Positions 13,596 to 27,744 of a stretch of DNA of 64,000 bases are shown one piece after another; the first letter of the stretch is position 1; every line of letters begins with the position of its first letter. The notes under the pieces were generated by a model, which was not told where the DNA came from, searched no databases, and worked only from the letters and a program-made list of their open reading frames with translations. Source of the stretch: Saccostrea echinata (Eukaryota); assembly GCF_033153115.1 (NCBI RefSeq), contig NW_026889778.1:1612001-1676000 (forward strand). Direction: 5' to 3'. The position numbers were made by a program, and so were the translations under genes.

Positions 13596-14825
13596 AACTA
13601 GAAATATGTACTATATAGGACATGAATGCCCCGTATGTTGCTAATGCAACATGAAAATTTGTATGAGTGTATGCACTTTGAAGAGAATATCTTGAACAGT
13701 TTCTTTAAAATTGAAATTAAAATCTAAAAAAAAAATGGATATAGATGATAAATTCTCACCAAATTATGTTTAAGTGCATGTTTACATAAAAATATCTTAA
13801 ATTGTTTCTTTAAAACTAAGCAAAATACAAATTAAAGAGAAGGGAGGTCAAGGTCACAGGAAAGTGCAAGCTGAAAAGTTTTAGATGCAGTCGAATAGCT
13901 CTCAGTAATACATAACAGCATATTAGGTTTGATAAAAATATCTTGAATGATTTATTTAAAACTGAGCTTAACACTTATTTAAGAAAAGAGAGGTCAAGGT
14001 CAAAGGAAAGGTTGAGGTCAAAATGTTGATGCAGTTGAAAAGCTTACATCAGTATGTATTTACTATTAGCATATGAAGATTGATTAAAAAAAATCATAAA
14101 TGGTTTATTTAAAAGGTAGATAAACACTACCTTAAAAACAAGTGAGGTCAAGGTCAAAGAAAAAGTCAAGGTTAAAAAGGTTGATGCAATTGATAACTCT
14201 CAGCAGTATGTATCAGCATATGAAGTTTCATAAATATATCTTGATTTGTTTATTCATAACTGATCTATACACTAATTTAAGAAAATTTAAGAAAAGTGAG
14301 GTCAAGGTCAAAGGAAAGGTCAAGGTCAAAAAGGTTGATGCAGTTGAAAAGCTTACATCAGTATGTATCAGCATGTGACGTTTGATTACAGTAACTTGAA
14401 TGATTTCATTAAAACTAAGCTAAACACTTATTTAAAGAAAAGTGAAGTCAAGGTCAAAGGAAAAGTCAAGGTCAAAAATGTTGATGCAGTTGAATAGCTT
14501 ACAACAGTATACATCAACATATGAAGTTTGATTACACTATCTTTAACGTTATCTTTAAACATGAGCTAAAACTAGTTTAAGAAAAGTGAGGTCAAGGTTA
14601 AAGGAAAGGTCAAGGTCAAAAAATGTTGATGCAGTTGCATAGCTCTTTTCAATATCTATCAGCATATGAAGTTTGATAAAAATATCTTGGATAGTTTCTT
14701 TGAAACTGAGCTTTAAACTGTGCTAAATGCATAGCGCGACAGAAGGACAGATGGAAGGATGGAAGGACGGAAGACAGACATGACAAACACTATATGCCTC
14801 GGCCATATTCATAAGGGGCATAAAA
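13596..14825 (-). mobile_element. Nested HINE with ~150-bp internal tandem repeats
   Basis: subTIR ATGCCCC(T/G)TATG at both ends, GTCY-like microsatellite, 3' hairpin and CTAG end. Confidence 0.75.
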
Positions 14826-14869
14826 ATCTTGAATCTAACCTATATAAGGATGCTTCTATATCAAAATGA

Positions 14870-15542
14870 CTAACAAGCAAATTCAAAAAATTGTGGTCCC
14901 CTGCTTTCCTTGTCTTAGTGGATGGGATGCCATTATTTATGGCACATTGTTTCAAATATGCACGCCCTATCATATGTCATTCAAAAGTAATCACCAAAGT
15001 TAAAATTTTTGAAAATTAAGTAAAACATCAAGGTCAAGGGGTAAAAAATCATAGCATGCTCGGAAACATCTTGTTACAGGTAATGTACATGTCAAATATG
15101 AAAGTCCTATCTCTTCTCAATCAAAAGTTATAAGGAAATATAACATTTTTGAAAAGTGCGTTAAACTTCAAGGTCAATGTCACAGAGTCAAAAGTCATGA
15201 TATATTTAGAAAGGTCTTTTCACAGGTAATATACATGTAAAATACGAAGGCCGTATCTTTTCTCTCTCAAAATGATCAATTTAAAAGAATGTTAATTTTT
15301 TTGAAAAGTAGGTCAAACTTCAAGGTCAAGGTCATGGGTTAAAAAAATCATAGTATATTTAGAAAGTTCTTGTAAGTAATGTAATGTATATGAAATATGA
15401 AAGCCCTATCTCTTATTATTCAAAAGTTATGACCAAGTTTAAATTTATTGTGACAGACGGACAGACGGACAAACGGACAGACTGACAGAAAAATGAGATT
15501 TAATGTCCCCTAGGTCCCATTCTCGAAAACGGGGGACAATAA
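14870..15542 (-). mobile_element. Second nested HINE with ~145-bp tandem repeats
   Basis: TGTCCCC stem-loop, (GTCY)n at 15451-15487, repeated CAAGGTCAAGG units. Confidence 0.65.
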
Positions 15543-18275
15543 TGCCCTTGCTGTTCTTGAGAAGAAGATTTATGATGGAAAATGTGTTGAAAAAACTGTA
15601 CATTTCAGAAAACAGTATGATTAAAAATAGTTAATCAAGGTGCTTTGAGTAGCAAAATAAGCTAAACTGGTATAGCTAATTCAACCACAGAGCTTAGTCA
15701 ATTTTAAGATGCAAAACCTTTTCAACTCTTAATCATTCTTGAAATATTTATATCATCATTTTTGATTCAAGGGAGAACTAGAGATAAGAACAGAAGTATA
15801 TCTGTTGACTAATAAACATGTACATTATATTGTGTTTTTTAAGTCATTTGTTTGTTTGCTGTTAAATGTCCCTCTCAGGAATTTTTCACGCATATGGAGA
15901 CACCACCACTTAAAAATAATGAAGACATACAAGTCGGATTTGAGGTTAACATTCATTAGGAGTTTTCAACAATTAAGACTTAAAGAAATAACTCCTTCCC
16001 CTGGCCCCTTCCCCTTCCCAGACCCCTGTTTGTTCATGCATGCAAACTAATACTCTGTATTGACATAAAAAAATGTGAATATATACAAATATTTTAATGG
16101 TCCATCTCTTTGAATTATTTTCATTCCTAATTCTAGGAGGGTACATGGGTTGACCCAAATTCATGAATGAAATGTCAAGCAATCTTATCATCGATGCACT
16201 TTTATTTAATTTGATGTAGTCATATTGTGAACATTTCCAGTTCATTAAGAGAGTGGGGATTACCTCCAGGGGTCCATAACCTTAAACCATTAGATGTACA
16301 TAACATAATGACACAAGAAACAAAATTCTGTATGGACAAATGGAAAAGTTTTCTACTATTTTGGAGTCACATGATCATTTGTCATTTCAGGGACAGGGAG
16401 CGGTTAGGGAGATTGGACCCCCCCCCCCCACTGGAATTTGCAGAGTTATATGAATAGGACTATATACTGATTTACAGAAGCAAATAAAAATTGACTTTGG
16501 ACGCCCTCCCCCCTTTATAAACATGGACCCCACCATCATTGTTTTTATTTTGTTTGTTTGTTTGTTTGTTGTATTTTTTTGCTTCTCAGGAAACTCTGGA
16601 CTGGAAAAAATTCCTGGATCTGTGCCTGTAACTGAATGTAATGTCGACAACGGGAGATAACTCTTCATAATGTGAAATTCGTCTTTTGTGGCATCCGATG
16701 ATCTTTGATCCTTTTTAATCTTTAACCTAACCATTTGCATTTCGGTTTATTTTACCCCATTCTAAACTTAAACTTGTACTTACCGACTGTCATAGTTCCT
16801 GTCAACTTCATGAAATATAATCCAATTGAAACACAAAATGAATTAATTTCTACTGATATACATGTAATGATGTGCACACCACACTGCACCATGTGCAATC
16901 TAAAAATGATACTGGTAAAACTAGTACTAGTACTAGTAGGGTGACGTAAGCCAAATGTGATGTAGAAATTTTCAAAAAGGTGTTCATATACATGTACAGT
17001 ACAAAAACAAATTTTAAATTATCAGTGAAAGGATGTTTTAACATAACCTTGCCATATAGGCCTATTTCCAAAAACAGGCAAATCGCGTGGGTGTGTTTGG
17101 GGAGGGTGACCAAATTGATTGGGTATGGATTTTCAAAGAGGTTTTTGCCTAATCAAATACTAAAAAAAAGTTTGCACATTTTGATGAATTCATCAAAAAC
17201 GCTTTGCACTAAAATAATATTATTTGTTGTTGAGAAAATAAATTTAAACCTATGGACCAAAAATTTATATCCCCTCTTTTATCAAAACCTAATTTACATC
17301 ATTAATTAAATTCTGTTATTTCAGACTGGTAATGAATTAACAAAGGAAATACCTTTAAAGGGCTCATAGGTCACATGGTCACCTGAGCATTTTATGCTCG
17401 ATTTGACGAATACATGTACTGTGTAAATTATAGAATTATTTCGACTTTTGCCTTGGTAACCCCAATATGAATGGGTGTGCATTTAGAGGCAAACACCTTA
17501 GTGCGGGTATTACTGTTGCATGACAGTATCTAGTTCGTTTTGTTAATTTACTTAAGATTGCTTCAAATGAGAAGAGGAAAAGAAAGTTTTATTTATAACC
17601 TTAGCTTTGGTCAATTATTAAAAGAAGTAAGCGTAGAAAGAAAAGAATAAAATGAATAAATAAATAAAGTAATTGATTATTTAACGAATAATTGAATAAA
17701 TAAATAAATAAAATTATCATGATCAAGCAGAGAGCATAAATGGAAAGTTAAACCCTATTTTTGCAAATAAAATAAACGATCCCTTGGTTTTTACTCCCAA
17801 AATTACGATTTATAGGCGAGTATATACGGAAGGTGTTAGTGTTTATGTAACGAAAGAGCTTCTTTTGCTCGAGTGGTACACAAGTACATGATAAATAGTG
17901 CAATTGCTGACTTATATATTCATTATATAGAGTTCCTTACAAGAACTGACATGTAAATTCTTTTATAGTGCGTTTTTATAGTGAAACTTTGTAATATTGC
18001 ACTGATTTGAAAACCTACGGTAAGAAAAAGAAATCCATCATCGAATGAATTTAATTTGATTGAGCAATTGCGAAGGACAATAATGAAATCAGTTTGGATA
18101 TTTTTGAATTAATTTAAGACGAATTAGAGAAATCATCCAGTAACATTGAAAACATGGAAATAAACCAAGAACAACTTTTAAATTCCATAAGAATCAAGAA
18201 ACCTGAAAAACAGAATTTCTTTAAATGTTAAATGTATCATGATTAATGAATTAGTTTTGGTAGCAAGACTTTGAA

Positions 18276-18464
18276 TACTGTAAACCAACTATTATTCGCG
18301 TCAACTTTTATTCGCAATTCGTCAGTTTGAAATCAATCCGCGACGATTAATTTTCGCGACTGAGGAAAAATTCTATACAAAAACAAAGCAAAAATAAATG
18401 GTTCGCGGTGATTAATATTCGCGAGTGAAAGTAGGCGCACGCAAATAAAAGATGGTTTACAGTA
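18276..18464. mobile_element. Tc1/mariner-type MITE
   Basis: TACTGTAAACCA ... TGGTTTACAGTA terminal inverted repeats including the flanking TA. Confidence 0.7.
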
Positions 18465-19609
18465 ATTTAATTCAGGGCATCTACTGTTATTATATGAACA
18501 TGATGTATTTGCTTTTTCCATAATTATGGTCATACATCAATGAAATGTAACTGACTAGTTGTCGACAAATATCTATTTTTTGTACTAGCAACGAAAAGAA
18601 TCAACTTTTTTTAAATGAGTACTTAGACAAATACGTAGTATTTTCAATTAATAACAAAGAAAGGGAGAGAGATATGTTTAATATCATTTCAAATATAAAG
18701 TGTTCTCTACAATTTGACTTAAAGACCAAACACAAGGGTTGAACTTGAGCTCAGCACTAGTAAAAGTACATATTTATCCTTTTCCATAACATAGCCATAT
18801 TTTCGATATATTCACAATTTTGAAATCTATTTATTAGAAATATCATAGAAGAAAAATATGGTTTGTCTTGTTATATCTCGTTAAGATGAAAACTATGGCG
18901 GGCGATAACGAACAGTATGCAAGCTCAAAAGTTCACTCAAACAATACAAATCAGGAGCAATGCAAACACGACCTCTAAAACATCAGAGGTGGTATTCTGC
19001 CACAATAAAAAGTCTCTCAGTTTCTTTAGAAAGTTTTATTTGACAGATAGTTAACCCTCACTTGCATGTGCAAGTGCGCATGTGAACGTGCGTCTGGTAA
19101 AAAGCTACAATAAAACAAAACCAAAGTAATTAATGACAGGTACTGCTTTCCATAGAAAAATTTCTCAAACTGGATTCACATAATATGAACAAATTACACA
19201 GACAAGTAATATCTCTAGTAAATCATAAACTAACTATACTCTGATCAACTGTATCAAATTCCATTCATAAAATATATTTTTAAGAGAAATACAGACTTAA
19301 TTACTATCGACTATAAATAATGACATGAATAGCACGCCATACTTTAAGCACATGGCACAAACATTATCTAAAATTATGCAGAACTGTAATAATTAGCATA
19401 GCTGACATTAGAGATATAGGTAAGCGATAACATAATCTGAAGAATAAACAATGTGTAAAAACTTTAAACTACTTACACCGTGGATTACAAACATTCAACC
19501 AGGAGTAAAAACTCGCCGTGACAGTATGGCGGCACAAACACTGAAAATTAACTCGTACTTAAACACATTCAATAAAAATTCGTATTGCACTCAGTCTAAC
19601 TGACGTAAT

Positions 19610-20580
19610 AGTACAACATAAATTCTAAAGACATGAAAATATTTAAAAAAATAGACAGAACAGGTGGAATCAAGCGCCATGGAGGAGTAAACATCCCCTG
19701 CCGACCAGTCACACCATGATCGGGAAATAAAGGAAAAAATCCTTCGACAATTCGGTGTGTAAATAATGGTCTAACAATAAGTATTAAAAACATCAGTCAG
19801 CATTTGCCTAATGATAAATTGTATTTGCTGACAAGGTCAATATATCGACTATAGAACTTAGGAAGTAATGGCTTTGAACGAGACTGTTGATATTCTTGGT
19901 TCATCAACTTTTTTGTCAATACCTTGCCTCGTTTTAGAAATTGTTCTTACGTAGAACATGCTCTTGCGTATCGAATCAACTTAGAGATATACCCTGTATG
20001 CAGGTGATGAAGATATATTGCTGCATAAGTAAGGGAAATTTAAGATTGAAAGGTTAAAGGCATCACATTTATCATCAAAGTTTTGTTGTTAGGTTACCAT
20101 TACAGGTCTTTTCTAGTAAAATATCCAAATATGAAACAAATGTGTCAGACTCTGTGGTATCTTTTATTTCAAGCTCATTGGAATATATCGTGTCGACGTA
20201 AGAATGGAAATAACTATTAAGAATCGATAATACGTCGTCGATATATCTAAATGTCGAGCGGAATGCCACGGTAAGTGTTTTCTTCTTCTCATGTATAAGA
20301 TTTTGAATAAATTCTGCTTCATATGAATACAAAAATAGGTCTGCTAATACCGGGGCGCAATTGGTACCCATGGGAATTCCAACAGATTGTTGGAAGACCT
20401 AGTCTCCAAAAACCACATAGATATTGTCAATCAGAAACTAGGACATCTTTTTAATGTCAATTTCAGAGTACTTGTAGGTACAATCAGAATGATTTTTAAC
20501 AAAATTATTTTGCAAACGACCAATGACAAAGTAAGTAAATTTACGAGTTTCATTTTTGTTGAAAAAACAGCTGTCTATTG
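19610..20580 (-). mobile_element. Penelope-like retroelement RT fragment plus 3' end
   Basis: GIPMGTNCAPVLADLFLYSYEAEF, FRYIDDVLS, ELEIKDTTES, SYLDILL. Confidence 0.9.
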
Positions 20581-20746
20581 TGTGAAAAAGATGCTAAAAA
20601 CATAGAATGCATTCCTGAAGTATTGTTTTCCCTCAAATAAGTCAAAATAAAAAAAATAAAGATAAACATGTTGCATGTTTAATAAGACATTTATTAAAGC
20701 AAAGACACAAAAAAAATACCAGAAATATAAACAACCCGTTGAATGG

Positions 20747-20748
<2 letters not shown>

Positions 20749-20810
<62 letters not shown>
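20749..20810. repeat. (TA)n microsatellite just 3' of the GPCR stop codon
   Basis: About 31 TA units. Confidence 0.95.
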
Positions 20811-20812
<2 letters not shown>

Positions 20813-20825
20813 CAAAAACAATTCT

Positions 20826-21923
20826 TTACATTCGAGCGCATCTACAGAGGAAATCCTTGGCAACAGAGCGCACACCTTCAATTTTTAAACAATATATCAC
20901 AGGATTTATGATAGAATTTATTCCACAACAGCAACCTGCAATAAAAAGGTAAACATGGGAGACTTCATCAAAAAAAGTAAAGGACAGAATAAGTGGGCCT
21001 GTTAAAATAATTAAGCAGCACAAGAGAATTCCAAGCAATATAACGGTATTCAGAAGTCTCTTCCTCTTCAATACTGCCATTTTCTGAAAGCCGGAAGGAG
21101 AAACTTTAGATTGTGCATTATCTTCGGTCTTTGATCCATGGGGTTGCTGCATCTTTTTTTCAAACGATAGTGTGTTTGATTTTACTCCTGTTTTTATAAT
21201 ATCCATCTGAATTTCATTTTTGCTCCTCACTTCTAGATCAGTGCTTTTGGTTGCGGTCTCAGAGGTTTTACCTGTCTTGTCAATATTATCATGTAAAGCT
21301 TTAGGGATAACTACCCTGTTCTGTTTGATAACATGGCGTAAAGTTATACAATAAAACACAACTGTCGCAAAAAGTAACCCTACCATTAGCTTATTAAAAT
21401 TGATGAAAATTTGAAAATGTCTATGGTAGATATATTGAACATTACAGACTGTCATTGGATCATTTGGAGGGGAAATCATACCAACCGAGAAAATGAATAC
21501 CAACAGCCAGCTGGAGATGCAAACAATGTATTTTCTATAGTTTTTAAACAAACGATCACTCCATGAAGTATGACAAATAATAAGGTATCTTTGTACACCA
21601 ATCAGAAACGTCTGAACTAGAGACAATAAAGTACCATTTACATTGATAAATATCTGGATAACACACATTGCCATGTTAAATCTTTCCCACTGTGAAACAT
21701 TGATTTGGATGACGTATGAAATGTAACCAAGACCAACCAGAAAATCACAGACTGACAGCAATAAGACAAGAAAATGATACACGTTTTGTCTTATGGCTTT
21801 GTTTGTTATCAAGATAATGAATACGCTTGCGTTGATACATACACAAGGGATTCCTAGCAATAGACAAATTGAAATGGAGAGAACCTTCGGAGTGGACAAA
21901 GTTTCTTCTGTGTGATTCTGCAT
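20826..21923 (-). CDS. Orphan rhodopsin-like (class A) GPCR, 365 aa, intronless CDS
   Basis: Seven hydrophobic segments; N in TM1, LSVCD in TM2, QRY at the DRY position, W in TM4, long ICL3, NPVIY in TM7. A probable 5'UTR acceptor (tttcag) ends at 21982. Confidence 0.92.
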   Translation of the reverse strand: MQNHTEETLSTPKVLSISICLLLGIPCVCINASVFIILITNKAIRQNVYHFLVLLLSVCDFLVGLGYISYVIQINVSQWERFNMAMCVIQIFINVNGTLLSLVQTFLIGVQRYLIICHTSWSDRLFKNYRKYIVCISSWLLVFIFSVGMISPPNDPMTVCNVQYIYHRHFQIFINFNKLMVGLLFATVVFYCITLRHVIKQNRVVIPKALHDNIDKTGKTSETATKSTDLEVRSKNEIQMDIIKTGVKSNTLSFEKKMQQPHGSKTEDNAQSKVSPSGFQKMAVLKRKRLLNTVILLGILLCCLIILTGPLILSFTFFDEVSHVYLFIAGCCCGINSIINPVIYCLKIEGVRSVAKDFLCRCARM

Positions 21924-23777
21924 CCTGTGATCAGTTATGTTTATCGATTATCTTCGAACTCGATACAGTTGTAATTCTAATCTGAAAATAAGTATTTAAA
22001 GTATTAATGATAAAAAGAAAAACATATAAAGTATTTAAATGTCAATATTTTTGCTCTCTTACTTTCTATCCCATAGAAGCTTAAAGGAAAAGAAGTTAGA
22101 GGTTACTAAAACAATTATGTACTTGTGTCATAAAACTGGTATTTACAAGTATCATCGTATGGATTCATAAAAAATACATTTTAGAGGTCTGTGTTAACTT
22201 TGCTGTCGATTTGTATTGAGCCTGATTACTGTTCAGTATCTCTATATTTCATATATTAAAAAAAATGATCCCCTGTTATGGCAGCACCCTACCCAGGGGT
22301 CATTCATTAAACAAAGACAAAACTAATCGGGAGCAGAGAAAACACAGACCTCGAAAACATCAGGTACCAAGGATGAGTAAGCATCCCTTGTCGACCATTC
22401 GCACCCAACGTGTGCTTCTTGTCTTCACTAAGCAAACGTAGAAATACGTAGACAATTTGGTGTTTACATAATGGCTTTACAATTTATATGAAAAACTTTA
22501 GTCAACATTCAATGTTAGATATTTTCGACAAGGTCACTGTATCGACCAAATAACTTGCAAAATGATGTAAAACCTGCAATTTTTAACTCAATCTGTAAAT
22601 TTTGTAAATGAAATTTTATCAAAATTGCGATATGGAGTGCCAAAAAAATTCAGTAGTTTAAAATGACGCCAAAAGAGAGTAAGGATGTTTTTCCGCACAT
22701 TCTATAAAGTTTCACAATTAGAAGAAATGGTGTAGACCTAGAGAATGTTACAGACTACAGAGAAAGACAAGTCAAATCATACAGAGGACCTGTGACGTAA
22801 TGACGAAGAACATTCAGAGAAGAGACGCACATTTAATATCGATTTGTAGTCCGGGTGTCTGAAGTCAGTCAGATTGAACTTTGACAGGCGAATTATGTTG
22901 TAATAATCAAATGTTGATCTTATGTATAGAAGTATTTACAATATCATGCACTGTCAACAGATGTTTATGACATTTTTAAGTCATATAAACAGACTCCAGG
23001 GAATATCATCAAGAAAAGTGCATTGAGAAATAATAAAGTTACAGCCCGGGCGATCATAAAATGTCTTTTGTATTTAATGATTATTTGGCAAATTATCAAA
23101 GTATCAAGCTATTATTTTGAACACTTCTGAAACTTTTTTGTTTTATGTTCCATATGAATTTTGTAAGCACCGACTACATTATATTGATTTAATCGCATCA
23201 GGCCACGAGCTTTCTTATAACTCCTCGTATGTTATATGCAGGACCATATTGAAAACTAGTATTGTTGCTTAGTATGTCTAGGATAAATAATTGCTTTATT
23301 ATCATTATTATATAGTAAAATTTTTATATGGATTGCATGGATCTGGGTTGTTGAAGCACATAGAAAACTGAGTTCTTGGACAAGAATATGAGATTGACAA
23401 ACACTACACCAGCTTAAACCCCGACTTATTTACATGTAACAACAATCTAAAAATATACAAAGGAAGTATTTAAAAATTGATTGCAAAAATCAAATTACAA
23501 AAAGGTAAACTTTTCTTTGTGTGTTGTTGATTTAACATAAACCAAAAAATTAGCTACTTCAGTTTTCTTTGCTGGATAACACTATAATTACTCACTAACA
23601 CTCATTAATTCACTTTTAAGTAATAAGAATGTTGAAATGATGAAACAGTGTTTTAAGGCTGGAAGCAATATTTGATAAATAAGAAAAACAGAAAATACTA
23701 ATCGATCATTAATGAATTTTTGTAAATAGATTATCTTTAAAGAATATATATACAGAGTTTGATAAGATAAAACGTAC

Positions 23778-23860
23778 CACGACTACCTTCCTGGCTGTTG
23801 TTCCGTCCCTAACAGTTGTTGTCAATTAACGTCATCAAAAGAAATTTGGCCCCTTATATA
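23778..23860 (-). promoter_or_regulatory. Possible TATA box and non-coding first exon of the GPCR
   Basis: Minus strand TATATAAG (23853-23860), then about 75 nt including TGACGT, then GTG|GTACGT donor at 23777. It would pair with the acceptor at 21982. Motif-based only. Confidence 0.25.
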
Positions 23861-25214
23861 TGTTATGGTACCTGATCCCTCCCTCTTTTTTTAGAGATCC
23901 GTGTTTACTCTGTTCACAATATGTATTGTTAAATTGAACATTTGAGCTTGATTACCCTCAACATTTCACAATAATGTCTCTCAATCTAGCTACTAAATTA
24001 TAAAGCCATTTGATACTACTGATACAAACATGTTCATTATTTCTACGAAATTTTCCACGTGACACACATAATTATTACATATACATAATCCAAAAAAAAA
24101 TCTTAGGCTGAACATATTGGATTAATATATAGTCTTAAAATATAAGGTAAATATGTTATTAAATAAATGCTTATATTACATATAATTTGCATCTAAAGGA
24201 AAAGACATTGTACGGTATTTGATTATAAGTGTATATATACGAAAATGCTAAATAACAGGGTTCAAACGTTCAAAATCCTACAGAGACATTACTTAGTACT
24301 CAGGTTAATTCAGGTGTTTCACATAATCCTGAGTACACTTTCGAGAATGCAAAATTTATGATTAAATAAGCGTTTTTCTATTTTATCAATTTACAGAGTG
24401 CTGTTCAAAAATTAGAATTATAGAATCTTTTATATCTGTATTTGGTCTCTTTATTGGAGAAAGTATCCGTATATCTTCAACAGACATAGTTTTGTTTACA
24501 TTTGTTTACAGTTTTCAACAGCAATATTGTCAGGATCAGCAGTTTAATCAACAATACTGTTTGGAGAAGTTCCCATTTTTAAGAAAATATTTGTTGCTTC
24601 TCGCATTTATCAGACAGTTTCTGATGTCATATTTTAGAAAAAGTAATTTTTTTCTATTAGATAATGATAAAAAAAATCAGTAGAGCTCCTTATATAAATT
24701 CATAAATACATGTGTCAGTAAAATGATTTTATACATTTAACATATATATGTTGTTCATAATGCCAAAACTTTGTTATCTGTTACATGTGAAAAGGAAATA
24801 AGGTTATGTTTTTTTACTAAAAGAAAAAGAAATGCAGATTTTATATTTATCTTCTATATTTGTCTTTAATCTAGTCATGGTTGAAGTAGTTTTCGATTAA
24901 TTTACACTTTGAGTAATGTCCAGAAATTGATATGCTATAAAAAAAATCCTCAACCATGCCTCTGAAATTCTCGTCTGAGCATTAGTAGTTAGCTTTTTAG
25001 CTTTGCGTTGAAAGTCATTTAGCTGGGATTTTGGTTTGCCCCATTTTTACAATCTCAACTGATTTTTTTTAAATGTCCGATGAAAATTCAAACAAACTTA
25101 GACCCATAAAGATAACTTGCCTTACTAGAATTTTTAAAGGTTTGATTATTGAATTACAAACGCAAAATCACCATCAAGATGAAAAGAAATTACTGAGCAA
25201 TTACTGAGCAATGT

Positions 25215-26440
25215 AATGAAGTATAGAGAAAACGAAGAGTAATTAAGCTCAAAAGTCTATTGAAACAAAATAGTTTGGAAGCAGAGCAAACACGGACCTC
25301 CACAAACATCAGACGTGGATCAGGTGACATGGAAGAGTAAGCATCCCCTGTAGACTATTCATACTCGCCGTGTATTGCTAGTCAGGGTCGGGCAAACGCA
25401 AAAAATTTGTAAACTATTCAGTGTGTACATAATGTCCTAACAATTTATATATCAGAAACGTCAATAACCATTTGACTTATTAATATATTGTGTTTGCTGA
25501 TATGATCATTGTATAAGAAGGTCCGAATTGTTGACTTTAATCGAGACAGTTCATATCCTTGTTTTCTTAACTTGTTTGTCAATAGCTTGAAAATCCAAAT
25601 ATCCAATTATGTAACTGATGTGTCGGATTCTTTTATTTTTGATTTCAAATTCACTGGTACATATCGAGTTCACATATGAATGGAAGTAACTATAGTTTAT
25701 AGATAAAACGTCGATATACCTAAATATCAAGATAAAGGCTACAGCAGATATTTTTCTTTTCTTATGTACAGACTAATTAATAAAATCTGCTTCATAAATG
25801 CAAAACTATTTATAACGGGGCGCATTTTGGAACCCATGGGAATTCCGATAAATTATTGGAAGACGTGATATCCAAAAACTATATAGTTTTTATCAACCAG
25901 AAACACTGGAATGTTTAATTTTCAGTTTCGGAGCATTTGTGTATACAATATAAATATCTTTTAAAAAAAATAATTTTGCCAATGACCTTTGACAAGGTAA
26001 GTAAATTTACGAATTCCAATTTATTTAAAAAAAAACAGCTGTCTATAATGTCAAAAGACTTTTTAGTTTAATTTGTCGTGAGGAATGGTAGTATAAAGTG
26101 TTTGAAACTTTTGAAATTGAATTATTGGGCAGCGAACTTTCAATTGGCGATAGAATTTAAATTCAATTAAAAATTCTGTCGAAGATCAAAGCAAACACGA
26201 ACTCCTAAAACATCATAGGTGGGATCAGATGCCATGAAGGAAAGACCATCCCTTGCCGACTGGTCATATCAGCCGTGTGCTCCTTGTCATGAACGAAAAA
26301 AAAAAACACCGGAAAATCCGTAGACATTTCGGAGCCTAAGAATTAGTATGAAAAATGTCCATCAGATTTAATGATAGATTGTAATTGCGGACAAGGTCAC
26401 TGTATCGACCACAGAACTTTTAGAATGATGACAATAAACG
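25215..26440 (-). mobile_element. Two degenerate Penelope-like fragments
   Basis: Nucleotide similarity to the 19610-20580 and 28040-29245 copies (cccatgggaattcc motif, 3' cassettes). Confidence 0.75.
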
Positions 26441-27744
26441 TGTCACATTAAAATCTACATCTATGTAAATGGTCTATATTCGAACATGCAAGCAAAATTC
26501 TATTCACCTGTGGTGAGCCCCCGTTTTTCACTATGTACATATTTAACCCTTTTATGCTTCAAATCACTGGACTTTTGAAATATGTTCAGTCAGTGCGGCA
26601 GTTGGACACGGCAGTCCTCATAGAGATTGAGTTTACATGTATTTCTTTAGTAATAGCAGACTTCAAACCAGTTTACTTGATATTGCCAATAATTATGGTC
26701 CTACTTTTCTGAGGTCAAACTTGTTTTATTTTCATTAAAATATAACTATTTTAAATATCTTGAACAACCAGTTTCGGAATTTCTCAACATAGGCAGCCTA
26801 CATTTTTTTACTAATATATTTTTTTTCTGTATACGTTATTTATATGTATAGTTGGTCAAAAAATCGAGTAATGAGTGTAAGGTGTCCCGTCTATGGTTTT
26901 TAATATGTCCTCTGTTCTGTTATGTTTGCCATTAATTGGAAATGGAAAGTAAAGGTATAGCATTGTGTAGTAAAGCATATTTATGTAATTTGTACGCCAT
27001 ATGTACATGTGTATGCATACTGTCTGTATAACTTACAATGTATAAAGTGTATGCCTACATTGATCTTATATTGTGCATGGGTAATTAACAGGTCTTCATC
27101 CTATGTGGTAGATGTCCCGGCATCAGACACGGTCACATCTATAGTCTTGGGTGCAAGATGTATACCTTTTTGTGTAGGACAGGAGGATATATCTCCATAC
27201 CAGTCCGGAGACCAATCGTTATCGCCGAGTTGAACACCGACAGCTACTCAACTTAATCCGGTTTTGCTGTATATTTTTGTTTCTTAAATGTAATTTTTTT
27301 TTTACAATTTAAAAGAAGTTCTGTTGTAAAGACTGTGAAATAATTTTAACTCTTTGGGGTCAATGTTTGTGGGTAAGCAAAACTTTACTTGTTCATGGGA
27401 ACATAATTTCGTGGGTTACACTTTTATATGATGCATTTATTGAATCAATATGTTTATAAAATAAACGTTCATTGGGATGTATAATCGTGGGTAAAGGTGA
27501 CCCACCAAATCCACGAACATTGCTACCCCAAGAACAATGATGATTCCACAGTAAACAAATCAAAGGGGAGTTTGGATCAACATCATGTAAGCTTGGTCAT
27601 TAACTTAACAAAATGAGACCGTTGATATTCTTGTTTCATCAACTTATTTGCCAATAACTTGAATCGTTCTAGAAATTGCTCGTACTTAGGGCATGCTCTT
27701 GTGTATCGAATCAACTGAGAGACATACACTCAATAAATTAACCT

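Larger units (their letters stand above)
12872..17533 (+). mobile_element. Helentron-associated non-autonomous element (HINE) carrying nested insertions
   Basis: Subterminal inverted repeat ATACCCGCAC / GTGCGGGTAT, 5' stem-loop, (GTCY)n microsatellite, 3' hairpin TACTGT..ACAGTA and CTAG end. Confidence 0.8.
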
